This document shows, piece by piece, positions 7,534-16,500 of a stretch of 44,767 nt of DNA. How positions within the stretch are numbered: the first letter of the stretch is position 1; each line of letters starts with the position of its first letter. This DNA comes from a virus (taxonomy: Duplodnaviria > Caudoviricetes): positions 1 to 44,767 of the IMG/VR virus record IMGVR_UViG_3300027575_000005. One strand, given 5' to 3'. The translations under genes and the position numbers were made by a program. The notes under the pieces were generated by a model. The model did no database searches, had not been told where the DNA came from, and worked only from the letters and a program-made list of their open reading frames with translations.

Positions 7534-7953
7534 ATGAGCCTCGATGACGTGACCGCGGAGGAAACCGGAAAGATCGCCGGCATCCTGGAAACCAAATGGA
7601 CGGAAATGTCCTCGGACAATACTCGACTGACGGCCGAGAACGAGTCGCTGAATGTCTCGTTGGATTTGATGACGCAAGATCGCAACTATTGGCGGGAGCG
7701 GGCCGAGACCCGCGAACGTGAACGTGACAGGGCACGCACGGAACGTGAATACATGTTGCAGCAATGGTTGGGAGTTATAGCCATTGCCGAGGAAACCAAG
7801 AATGAGGTATTAAGCGGCCGAATTTGCCGAACTGTCGCGGAGCAAAAGGCTTCGATTGTAACGGATGACGCTGAGCGCGAATTGAAAAGGCTTGGCGCAA
7901 AATATGGCGGAAACAACAATCCTACCGCGGCTTTAATTTCTACCAGGAATTGA
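7534..7953 (+). CDS. Coiled-coil hypothetical protein
   Basis: AAGGAG RBS; heptad-rich sequence. Confidence 0.7.
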   Translation: MSLDDVTAEETGKIAGILETKWTEMSSDNTRLTAENESLNVSLDLMTQDRNYWRERAETRERERDRARTEREYMLQQWLGVIAIAEETKNEVLSGRICRTVAEQKASIVTDDAERELKRLGAKYGGNNNPTAALISTRN

Positions 7954-7955
7954 CT

Positions 7956-8204
7956 ATGGGTCACGAGAGGACAACGCGAACTGAAAGACCGGACTCGGTC
8001 AACGATCTGCCGGTGCTGAAATGCTTTGCGTGCGACGGCGCACGTAGCGAATTCTACTGTCCAAAATGTGAAAGAACAGGCTCGATCTTCTGGGTCGGTC
8101 GCGCATTTCCCTACACGCCAGAAGGCGAAAAACGCGCACTTGCTTTTCTCCGCAGCGAGACGGTGACCGATTCCGGCGCCGATCCCACGAAGGCCCTTTC
8201 GTGA
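7956..8204 (+). CDS. Zinc-finger protein bracketed by inverted GGTCA elements
   Basis: CFACDG...CPKCERTG; both termini are encoded by copies of the dispersed element. Confidence 0.6.
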   Translation: MGHERTTRTERPDSVNDLPVLKCFACDGARSEFYCPKCERTGSIFWVGRAFPYTPEGEKRALAFLRSETVTDSGADPTKALS

Positions 8205-8340
8205 TACAAACTGTTGACAACCTGTGCACACCGCGAGACACTTACCCGTCAAGGTGTCACTCACCATTCGCGGAGTATCTGCATGTAGAGGATCACCACG
8301 CAACCAAGCACAACCCAAACCTTTGTGAGACTTTCGTAGG

Positions 8341-8379
8341 GGCGTCGTTTCTGAAAATGGAACGACGCTCTTACTTTTT
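8341..8379 (+). terminator. Probable intrinsic terminator at the convergence of the two operons
   Basis: Stem GCGTCGTT/AACGACGC followed by TCTTACTTTTT. Confidence 0.5.
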
Positions 8380-8547
8380 GTTTGGAACACCGATGTCTAT
8401 CACCTTGGCCATGACCTTCCCGCATTTCTCGCAATCGTAATAAGCGTAGGCCAAGTCCTTCACCGGATGAGGTTCATACCGAGTCATCTTGATATGCGCG
8501 CCGCACTTGGGGCACTTGCCGTTGGCGGGGAGCTCGATGGACGGCAT
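8371..8547 (-). CDS. Zinc-ribbon protein (not in ORF track)
   Basis: MPSIELPANGKCPKCG...YDCEKCGKVMAKV...KK*, 58 aa. Confidence 0.65.
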   Translation of the reverse strand: MPSIELPANGKCPKCGAHIKMTRYEPHPVKDLAYAYYDCEKCGKVMAKVIDIGVPNKK

Positions 8548-8550
8548 CGG

Positions 8551-8901
8551 TCATGGCGGCAAGGTTGGCGGCGTTTTGCGCGAGATACCCGCATTATTAT
8601 CAATGATGATAAGCGCCGCTGCAATCTGGCGGTTAATGTCCGTGATCTGATTTTGCAGCAACGTCACCCGGTCGTCGGTGGCTTTGGACACCGCCTGAAA
8701 TGTACGATCCTCGACAGGCTCATGAGCTTGTTTGGAAATGATAGTGGATTGTGCTGCCTCAACGATAGCAAGCCGTCGCCCCAGATCGGAAATCGTTTTA
8801 TCAGTATTTGAGAATTGGTTTTGAGTGACTGCCCAAAGCGCGCCTATTCCTAGCGCAACGACAGTCACACCGATATTCAGCCAGGACTTGTCGTCGGCCA
8901 T
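8551..8901 (-). CDS. Membrane-anchored coiled-coil protein
   Basis: N-terminal TM followed by heptads; possibly lysis-associated. Confidence 0.65.
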   Translation of the reverse strand: MADDKSWLNIGVTVVALGIGALWAVTQNQFSNTDKTISDLGRRLAIVEAAQSTIISKQAHEPVEDRTFQAVSKATDDRVTLLQNQITDINRQIAAALIIIDNNAGISRKTPPTLPP

Positions 8902-8907
8902 TTTGCA

Positions 8908-9267
8908 TCAATGCCCCGCGTTAATCTTCGCCTGTATATCGGAAATCTGCCGCTGCAAATCGTTTATGCGCTGCTGCACTGTAGCACTCGGCGCCTTCGC
9001 CATGTCCTGTTGCGCCGCATAGAGCGAGCTTTGCAGTTGATTGAGTGCGAGAGTATTGATTGCCCTCGCGGTATCGACCTGGATCAGCTTGACCGGATCG
9101 ACCTGTTCATGAACAAAAGTTTTGCTTGCGGCTTCCGGCAATCCCATCGCCTCCCACGCCGGGGGCACCGCGACGATTGCTGTTGCGGTCGCCGTGATCA
9201 GTGCGAGTATCGAGGTAATGCTTTTGCGGAGACTCGTTCCCCATAATGCGGCTATTAAGTCATTCAT
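8908..9267 (-). CDS. Membrane-anchored coiled-coil protein
   Basis: AGGA RBS; TM followed by a Gln-rich coil. Confidence 0.65.
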   Translation of the reverse strand: MNDLIAALWGTSLRKSITSILALITATATAIVAVPPAWEAMGLPEAASKTFVHEQVDPVKLIQVDTARAINTLALNQLQSSLYAAQQDMAKAPSATVQQRINDLQRQISDIQAKINAGH

Positions 9268-9306
9268 GGCGATCCTGTATCGGTTGAGAGTTTCTATACG
9301 CCAGTT

Positions 9307-9783
9307 CTACATCGGCACGTGTTGTCGGCTGCTGATCATCAACAACAAATCGCGCGGATCGACCAAGTGTGCGGGAGCCGCAAGCGGAAATGGAAACCAT
9401 TCACAGGCACGCAGCGCGAGCGTGATGAGGGCCGAGCAGATCGCGTGATCGAGCGTGTGTTCGTGCTCGGGAATTAGGAACCCAAGAATTGCTTTCCAGT
9501 CGTAGGGTTCGCCTATATGAACTTGGAGAAAATTATAGAATTGGGCCGATCGCGAATCGGTTGTACCTTCGAGCGTCAAGAATAGTTCGTGGGAGAATTT
9601 ACCTGCGTCGTAGTTTTTCGGTCGTTTCTGGACGCCGCCACTCAAATGTGCGCCTAAATAAAAGCCGTCAGGGGTGACGGCTTCGACGTGTGAAGGTGTA
9701 AACGGCATCGCTGTCTTTTCAAGGGCAACGATGCCATCTGAGGCTAGGCCGATGCTGCGAACGAAACGAATGACGATTGGCAT
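9307..9783 (-). CDS. Permuted papain-like NlpC/P60 (YiiX/YaeF-type) cysteine hydrolase
   Basis: His before Cys order: PSHVE ... IGEPYDW ... ICSAL. Confidence 0.75.
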   Translation of the reverse strand: MPIVIRFVRSIGLASDGIVALEKTAMPFTPSHVEAVTPDGFYLGAHLSGGVQKRPKNYDAGKFSHELFLTLEGTTDSRSAQFYNFLQVHIGEPYDWKAILGFLIPEHEHTLDHAICSALITLALRACEWFPFPLAAPAHLVDPRDLLLMISSRQHVPM

Positions 9784-9798
9784 CGGTTTTTCTGGCTC

Positions 9799-10614
9799 TT
9801 AGAAGTCGTAGCGGATGTACGCCTTATACTGCGTTCCGATCTTCACGCTCGAATCAATCGTGATCGGAGCGCCGGCCGCAAAGACGTTATCGAACGTCAT
9901 CCCGCGGGTCGGCCAATCGACCGCAACGCCCATGTCGAGTGCGCCGCCGTTGGGTTTGCCGGTCGCATCAACCGTCTGCCATAGGTAGCCCGTGCGGAGA
10001 CCAGGCGCGATGCCCACCGTCTGTCCGGAAGCGGCGCCGAAATTGCCGCTGATGCCAAACTCCGTCACGAACGCCCCGAAATATTCCCGAGGCGTCACGG
10101 CGACCGCCACGTTGGATGGAAGTTGCGGGGTGAACGACGGGAACGGGTTCGAGAGACCAGTGCGGGTCAAGAGCATCTGCACCAGATCGGCTCCCACATC
10201 GACGCCCTGCATCGCTGACCAGCGGCTTGCGACCGAGGCGCTCGCGGCGCCGGTCGTTGCGGTAGCGCCCACGCTCACGCCGCCGCTGATGTTCTGGTAG
10301 GAGCCCGACAGATAGACGCGCGCCCATTGGGCCACGCCGGCAATCGAGGCATTGCCCCAGATGTAGCCAATTTCCGCATCCACGGACTGCCCAGCGGCGG
10401 TGAGGTTGCTGGTGACGAGCGACGTGGCAAAGACGTTGTTGCCCGACACGTTGGCCTGATCGACGCCGGCCGTGGTGCCGATTCCCCAATAGAAGCCGGA
10501 ACCGCTGTAAGTGAGGAACGGGCTGGGCTGTGCTTTAACCGGCATATCCGCCGCCATTGCCGCGGTCGAAGTCAGGAGCGCAAGGCCCCCGAGAATTCCA
10601 AGCAATTTGCGCAT
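9799..10614 (-). CDS. Outer-membrane beta-barrel protein (RopB/Omp25-like)
   Basis: Signal peptide, then AADMPVKA...YSGSGFYWG; C-terminal YIRYDF BamA-type motif; GGAG RBS. Confidence 0.75.
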   Translation of the reverse strand: MRKLLGILGGLALLTSTAAMAADMPVKAQPSPFLTYSGSGFYWGIGTTAGVDQANVSGNNVFATSLVTSNLTAAGQSVDAEIGYIWGNASIAGVAQWARVYLSGSYQNISGGVSVGATATTGAASASVASRWSAMQGVDVGADLVQMLLTRTGLSNPFPSFTPQLPSNVAVAVTPREYFGAFVTEFGISGNFGAASGQTVGIAPGLRTGYLWQTVDATGKPNGGALDMGVAVDWPTRGMTFDNVFAAGAPITIDSSVKIGTQYKAYIRYDF

Positions 10615-10700
10615 GATCTTCTCCGTTTGAGATTGACTTTACGCAGACTGCTTAACAGATAAAGGCGTGACAATTTTAGCACATCACAGATTTAAACGAC

Positions 10701-11559
10701 GGTTTGTTTGGTTAGACTGGCTACCTTGGCCCTCACGTCACCGTTAGGATTTTACGGCCATAGAGGTTTGTTAATTCTCACTCTTAGAGTGCGGATTTTT
10801 TTGGTTCGAACCGGCCCATAACAGGCTCAATATTCAGTGAGGCACGGTCGTAAATGCGCAACACGACGCCGAGCGCGCCGCACCATTTGATCAGATTGGA
10901 AAAGCGTGGGACGTTAGAACCGCGTTCCCAGCCCGTGAGAAATTGTGGATGGATGCCGAGCTTATGCGCGACTTCTTTTCGCGTAAGACCACGGCGCTCG
11001 CGCGCGGCCCTCAAATCACGGATGACCTCAATGGCCGACGTAACCTTGGCTCGCGGTCGTTTGAGCCCCATACTGCTCGCCATCTTCATGATGGACATCC
11101 AGGGGTGGCGCGGCAAAGCCTGCTTAATTGCTTCCTCATACGCGCAGGGATAGAGTTGGCGAAGCGTCTGCTTTTCAGACCGCAGCCATGGAGTTCGCTT
11201 TGCTGGCGTAGTTTTTCGTTTGGCGATGCCATCGCCCCAAAAGCAATAATAGCGGTCCACCGTCTGCCACGTCGTTCCGCACTGCTTCGCAGCTTGCGCA
11301 CGGTTCGTCTTCATTTCAAACCGGCTACGCAGTTTCTTGACGATCTCCAATGAGACAGAGCGGCCGGATTTCACCGGCACGTTGCCGCGCCGAAACATCG
11401 GGAAGCCGAGTTCGGCAGTCAGCAATTCGTCTATGTCGAGAATCTCGGTCATGATTTTCCGCATTCAGCGGTCTTGACTTTCATTTTCTCCACCCTCTAT
11501 GGCCGTAAGAATCTCACAGAACTTTTGAGGGCCAAGGTAGCCAAGCTAACAAACAAACC
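10701..11559. mobile_element. 859-bp unit bounded by 66-bp imperfect inverted repeats
   Basis: Arms 10701-10766 and 11494-11559 share exact blocks TGGCTACCTTGGCCCTCA (18 bp), TTACGGCCATAGAGG (15 bp) and GGTTTGTTTG. No transposase and no target-site duplication seen. Confidence 0.6.
10784..11452 (-). CDS. Multi-HTH DNA-binding protein (HTH, Myb/SANT-like and XRE domains)
   Basis: RAQAAKQCGTTWQTVDRY; PWLRSEKQTLRQLYP...SMGLKR; LRAARERRGLTRKEVAHKLG...GWERG..VPRFSNL. Start is 11452 or 11464. Confidence 0.75.
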   Translation of the reverse strand: MTEILDIDELLTAELGFPMFRRGNVPVKSGRSVSLEIVKKLRSRFEMKTNRAQAAKQCGTTWQTVDRYYCFWGDGIAKRKTTPAKRTPWLRSEKQTLRQLYPCAYEEAIKQALPRHPWMSIMKMASSMGLKRPRAKVTSAIEVIRDLRAARERRGLTRKEVAHKLGIHPQFLTGWERGSNVPRFSNLIKWCGALGVVLRIYDRASLNIEPVMGRFEPKKSAL

Positions 11560-11715
11560 TTACTTCGTCACCGGCTGATGCGCCTGCACCGTCTTGACGA
11601 TGTTCATAAAGTTCGGCGCCAGCGCCAGTAACGTTGCAATCCCGATCTTGGCGATGATGGCTTCCAGATCGGGACCGTTCTTCGAGGCGAGTTCGGCGAT
11701 CAGTTCTGGGTTCAT
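11560..11715 (-). CDS. Small protein downstream of holin (not in ORF track)
   Basis: MNPELIAELASKNGPDLEAIIAKIGIATLLALAPNF...*, 51 aa, ATGA overlap with the holin. Confidence 0.6.
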   Translation of the reverse strand: MNPELIAELASKNGPDLEAIIAKIGIATLLALAPNFMNIVKTVQAHQPVTK

Positions 11716-12023
11716 GGTGTCACCTTTGGTGCGGCGGGAGCATTGTTGGAAAGTGCGCTGATTGTCTGGTCTTTGGTCTGCGAATTTTTCGTCGAACCAA
11801 AATAGTAGGAGACGATGCTGCCCACCTGATTCGCCAGCACGCCGACCAGCGTCGTGAGTACCGCGAAGATTTGAGGATCGGCCTTCGGCGACGTAAAGAT
11901 CAGAAGGATGATGACCGCGATGAACGCCACCGAATAGAGCAGCGCCAAAATCTTTTGCGTGTCAGCCCACGATTCCGTAGGGTCGGCCTTCGGAGCGGGC
12001 GGCGTGATTGTCGTATCAGTCAT
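11712..12023 (-). CDS. Putative holin
   Basis: Two TMs and the IVSYYFGS motif, next to the endolysin. Confidence 0.7.
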   Translation of the reverse strand: MTDTTITPPAPKADPTESWADTQKILALLYSVAFIAVIILLIFTSPKADPQIFAVLTTLVGVLANQVGSIVSYYFGSTKNSQTKDQTISALSNNAPAAPKVTP

Positions 12024-12029
12024 AATTTT

Positions 12030-12161
12030 TCACCATGGGTAAGCAAAAATGCACATGAGGATAGCGACGGGCAATGCCAACGTGAAAGCCGCCGCCAATT
12101 GTCCAGCAACGCTCGGGCCAGTGTACGGGCGCCCGTCGCCTGCGTAGGGATAGTCCGTCAT
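12030..12161 (-). CDS. Small single-TM protein (not in ORF track)
   Basis: MTDYPY...LAAAFTLALPVAILMCIFAYPW*, ATGA overlap with the lysin. Confidence 0.5.
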   Translation of the reverse strand: MTDYPYAGDGRPYTGPSVAGQLAAAFTLALPVAILMCIFAYPW

Positions 12162-12748
12162 GACGTTGCCGCGGGCGCCGTTGCCATCTTAAGAGCGTCC
12201 GCACCAATTTCCATCGAACGCCGAATCCAATCGGTGCCAAAATATTTGAAGCCCGACAGCGCGCGGTAATAAGCCTGCCGCTCTATCGTGAACGCCTTGA
12301 TGATGCCAACCGGATTTGTGATCGCCTTGACCGCTGCATCCGTCTGCGGTCCCCACGCGCGGTCGGCAGTAATTTGCAGCGAGCGTTGCAGGATCAGCGT
12401 CGCCGCGCCGGGACCGGCGTTCACGGCCTCATCGAAGAACTGTAAGTCGAGCCCGGCTGGCAGCTTGGGGCATTCCGGCAACCAATACGAATTGTAGTAG
12501 ATGTCGGCGCCCTCAGTGCGACTGATCTTGCTCACGTCTTGCAGCGGCAGACCTTTGCTCCTGCGGTAGTGATCGTATTCCCGTTGAATGACGCCGCACA
12601 TCGTCTCGCCGCCCGGATCGTGAGCATCGTTCGAGAAGTTGCGCCGATTGCTCCAATCGTTGGGGAGCGGACACTCCTGAATCAAAGTGAAGGGCCAGCA
12701 CGCCGTAAAGCGCGGGTCCGCGAGAGCCGTTGCTGCGTCCGTCATCAC
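12158..12748 (-). CDS. GH108-family endolysin with PG-binding-3 domain
   Basis: E...NDAHDPGGETMCGV, IY...YW, FDEAVNAG, LQRSL, YFGTDWIRR. Confidence 0.85.
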   Translation of the reverse strand: MMTDAATALADPRFTACWPFTLIQECPLPNDWSNRRNFSNDAHDPGGETMCGVIQREYDHYRRSKGLPLQDVSKISRTEGADIYYNSYWLPECPKLPAGLDLQFFDEAVNAGPGAATLILQRSLQITADRAWGPQTDAAVKAITNPVGIIKAFTIERQAYYRALSGFKYFGTDWIRRSMEIGADALKMATAPAATS

Positions 12749-12754
12749 ATCACC

Positions 12755-12934
12755 CTATGGTTTCAGAAACCACACGTAATAGCCGTGTCCTACCGTCACC
12801 CCGAGAACGCCAAATCCTACGATACCGAGACCAAGAACGAACCTCTGAAACGGCGTCAACTTTTCCACGGACGGATCGGTGACCGAGTCCGGTCTCTCAG
12901 TTCGCACAGGACTCGCGTGACCAAAATGCCTCAC
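12755..12934 (-). CDS. Small single-TM protein (not in ORF track)
   Basis: GTG start overlapping the upstream TGA; MRHFGHASPVRTERPDSVTD...FVLGLGIVGFGVLGV...*. The N-terminus is encoded by a GGTCA element. Confidence 0.5.
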   Translation of the reverse strand: MRHFGHASPVRTERPDSVTDPSVEKLTPFQRFVLGLGIVGFGVLGVTVGHGYYVWFLKP

Positions 12935-13158
12935 GAATTCATCCTCTTGATTTCCTTCGGACTAGCCTTCTGCGGCGGCATCATACTCTCAAGCAACAGA
13001 CTACTCCCCCGTTTCGATATTTCCAACCCTGCGTTGAGGGCTGTCCACATGCCAAGAGACAGGATGGTTTCCGTCTTTCTCCCCCTGTTCACGACCACGC
13101 AAACACCTTCGACACCATCCATGAAGCCAACCCAGATTTCTTCGACGGTAAGGATCAT
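12931..13158 (-). CDS. Hypothetical protein
   Basis: AGGA RBS; operon orientation. Confidence 0.5.
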   Translation of the reverse strand: MILTVEEIWVGFMDGVEGVCVVVNRGRKTETILSLGMWTALNAGLEISKRGSSLLLESMMPPQKASPKEIKRMNS

Positions 13159-13224
13159 GGCGCGGTCCTGATTCTTTGAGGGTGAGTGACCCTGACTCCG
13201 CTTCGTTCATAGGTCAACGTCCAA

Positions 13225-13359
13225 TCACGTTATCCCGTGCAATCCCTTCTTTATTGTTGGTGAGCGTTTGTGGTTTTTGACTTTGCCGTGGCGTGGCTTG
13301 CGGATGACGCGCTTGGGTTTTATGGCGATGCGGGGAGGGTGTGGGAGTTGGTCAGGCAT
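13225..13359 (-). CDS. Small very basic protein (not in ORF track)
   Basis: MPDQLPHPPRIAIKPKRVIRKPRHGKVKNHK...*, 44 aa. Confidence 0.4.
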   Translation of the reverse strand: MPDQLPHPPRIAIKPKRVIRKPRHGKVKNHKRSPTIKKGLHGIT

Positions 13360-13549
13360 TTGGGTCACGAGAGGCCGGGGTTACGGTTCGGTCAACTTTC
13401 CGCCTGCGACGGGAAAGATCATAAATGTCTTTGTCGTGATACTCCCCGTCGATCAAATAACAATCAAACAAAACGCCGCGACAATCTTCTTCTCGATACA
13501 CCTTCCGTTTGGTGACCGATGATCCTGTCGGCTCACGTTCCGCCATCAT
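13352..13549 (-). CDS. Hypothetical protein in a GGTCA-bounded cassette
   Basis: Start lies in a long-form element and the end crosses a short-form element. Confidence 0.5.
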   Translation of the reverse strand: MMAEREPTGSSVTKRKVYREEDCRGVLFDCYLIDGEYHDKDIYDLSRRRRKVDRTVTPASRDPNA

Positions 13550-13559
13550 GACCCAAACC

Positions 13560-16500
13560 CTAATCCTGCAACTTCTTCATCTTGAACGCCGTAGCATCAG
13601 CCGGAATCTGCGGAAACTTCGCCATCATCACGCCCGACGCCGCTTCCCTGGACTGCCTGATAACCTCCGAAATCACATCATGCTTGATATGATTCGGCCA
13701 AGTCTGCCAGTCCGGAGATTTCACTATAGCATCAAGCCTCATCTTCGTCATCCGTCCAGAAATGCGGGAATAATCGTCATATTGCTGGTCGGTCAGGTCC
13801 ACATTCCTGATCTTGCGGATAGGCTGTGCCGGATAAATCCCAAGCTGTAGCATCGCCTGATTCACCGGATCGCGGTTCACGCGGGTCTCATAGATCGCCG
13901 TCACGCCCGCATGTCCCAAGGCTTCGTAGCTCGGCATTTCTTCGCCCCAAATATCCCTGCGAGGCAACAGAGTTTCAGACAATCCCGGCACCTTGGCCTT
14001 GATCGAATCCATCACGGTTCGGGCTTGACGCGAGTAGGGATCGGACGCCCGCGCCATCTGCGCCATACCGACAGAAAACGGCACGAACGAGGAAAGGAAA
14101 TTCTTGATATAGCCTTCGCCGTAGCGGCCGGGGTCCTCAACCGCCTTGATCAAATCCGCCGGACCTCTCATAAAAGATTCATCCAAGATGTTCTGCGTGA
14201 TCGCGTGCTGAATATGCGACGCTGCCATAAGCACATCGCCCTGTGCCGCCTCGTGCGCCACGTCGTAGAAATCCGCAGCCGTACTCATCAGCATACCCAT
14301 CGGCCCTAACCGATTGACCTGATACCAGATATCGCCGATACGAACGCTATGCGCTTGGTTGCCTGCCAATCTCCACATGGCCGATTGCCTTGGATCGGAA
14401 GGCCCGGAGCCCGAGGCGTATCCTTCCATCGCTAGCCCACCAAACAACAACGCCATCGACGTTCCGGCGATCATCCGCGCGCTCGCCATGTCTTGAGCAA
14501 TGTTGCCGTTCTTCCCCATAAGATCGGCGCGGATTTCGGGCGAGAGAATTCCAACGGGGGTCCTCTCGACAATCGCCTGTTTGATGATGTTCGCTCCGAT
14601 GTGAACGAACGGATCGATGAATTTTAATGGAGCAATCTTTCCAATCACGGGAAGATCGAGCGTGGCATTAGTGAGTTTGCTTAGAGCTTTGACGAACTCG
14701 CCGCCTTGTCCCATCAACGTCAATTGCGTGGCAGTCTCGCGCGACCGCTCCATGATTTCCGGGGTCGGATTCTGCCAGATATCGCCCACGCGCGAATCGA
14801 ACGCATTCCCCGTAAGACCTTCCTCCGATGCCGTCCGGAAGGCTTCCGCGCTCTTGTTCATCGAGTAAATGAGCGACCGGAAAAAGCTGTGGATAGCCGC
14901 CACGGATCGTCCTGGAACGCGGATCGTGGAGCCAACGGGAAGGACCGTGACGCCCCGGACGGCCAAATCCGGTATCTGCCCTAGCGTCGAATAGTTGGCC
15001 CCGATCAGCGGCGCCCCCTCGATTCCCCCGGCCTTGAGCAACGCCGCGCCGGCCACGAACCCATCCCGGATTCCCCGGATCATCGAGAATGCCTGTGCCC
15101 CAACTTCCCGCCACGCCACGGGATTATCGGTCATGCTCTTGGCCACCGCCAAACTGGTATCCCCCGAGAAAGGCATCAGGGGCCGCGCCTGTTCGCCTGG
15201 CAGGAGCGTGGTCTGTCCTGACCGCATCGCCTCAAGGAACGCCTCCGCAGCGCCGGGTAGCCCGCGGATCGCGCCTTTAAGCTGCGCCCCGACTTCACCG
15301 ATATGAACGACCTCGCCCGGCCGGCCGCCGGCACGCCTTGCGGCACCTAAAGCGGCGGCAATAGCAGTCTCGGGACCGGCCTTTTCGAGTGCCAGAATAA
15401 TATTACCCTGGACGTAGGTCACATGGGTCGCAATGCCCGAAATCAGCCCGTTAATCCAGTATTCCAATACCATCCCGCCGAACGAACGATCCCGTGCGTC
15501 ATTGAGGAATTTCGATATCTTGGCCGGGCTATCGAGTTGGGCACCCAGCTTGGCCTCCATTTTCAACTGGAACAGGGTTTTGCCGGTGGCCTGCTTTATG
15601 AATTCGTTCGTCGCTTGTGCACCTTCCTCCCCCGCCATGGTTCGGAACGCACGGAGCGCGCGGCCGGCTTCTGCCGTGATTCCCGCGACAGTCGCCTGAA
15701 TAAGTTGATGCCGGTCTTTTGCGATGGCGTAGGCCATTAAATCTTCGTCGGTCCCGATGGCCGCTTTCTTCATCGCGGCCGAGACTTCGGTAGCCGACTG
15801 GATCAAGAGCTTGCGGACGGCCCAAACTTGTTCGGCGTTGTACGCCTGCCCCACGACATGCTTTTTAACCAACGCCTCGGCGCCTTCCATGCCAAGGTCG
15901 TTGGCCAAGTCCTGCACCTGACCGTCAGTGACCACGCCGCGGCGGTCGCCGATAAAATCGTCGTTCTCGGAGGCCGCGTCGCGAATCGCCTCGCGCACGT
16001 CCTGGTCGTTGGTGAGGTTTTCCAGCCGGATATTGCCGGCCTTGTCTAGGAAGGGGGACTCTCTTGCCCCGAGGGAGGCTGCGGGGTTTGGAGCGAGGGG
16101 TTGGTCCCGAGTAGCGTTTGCAGGTTGGGGTCCTCGCTCGCCGCTTGGATGTTCATTGCCTTCTCGTACAGGTCCGCCGCCGCCTTCTTCGACTGTGCCG
16201 CGTCCCTCGCCCACGCCGCCGCCTGGGGCGACAGGTTCGGTCCCGCCGCCACCTGTGCCCAATACTGCTGATCCATCCTGGTCTGGTCTAGCTTCTCCTG
16301 GAGGCTCGGCGGCTGTTCCTGCGGTTGCTGCTTGCTCGGCTTGGACTTCGGCTGTCCGGGCTTGGATTTCATGGGCTATCTCTGCGTGGGGTTCCGCAAT
16401 GTAGCGGTCGGCTTCGTTGTTGACCATATCGCCGCGAGGTTCGGCCTCGTTCGGTGGTGTTTCACGCGCATCAACAACATGGATATCGGCAAGTGTCGGG

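Noticed and set aside
8201-8811. + strand ORFs 8201..8440 and 8467..8811
   Set aside because: They cross the terminator or overlap better-supported - strand genes; no motifs.
10701-11559. Classical IS element
   Set aside because: The enclosed protein has only DNA-binding motifs, no DDE or HUH domain, and the flanks show no target-site duplication.
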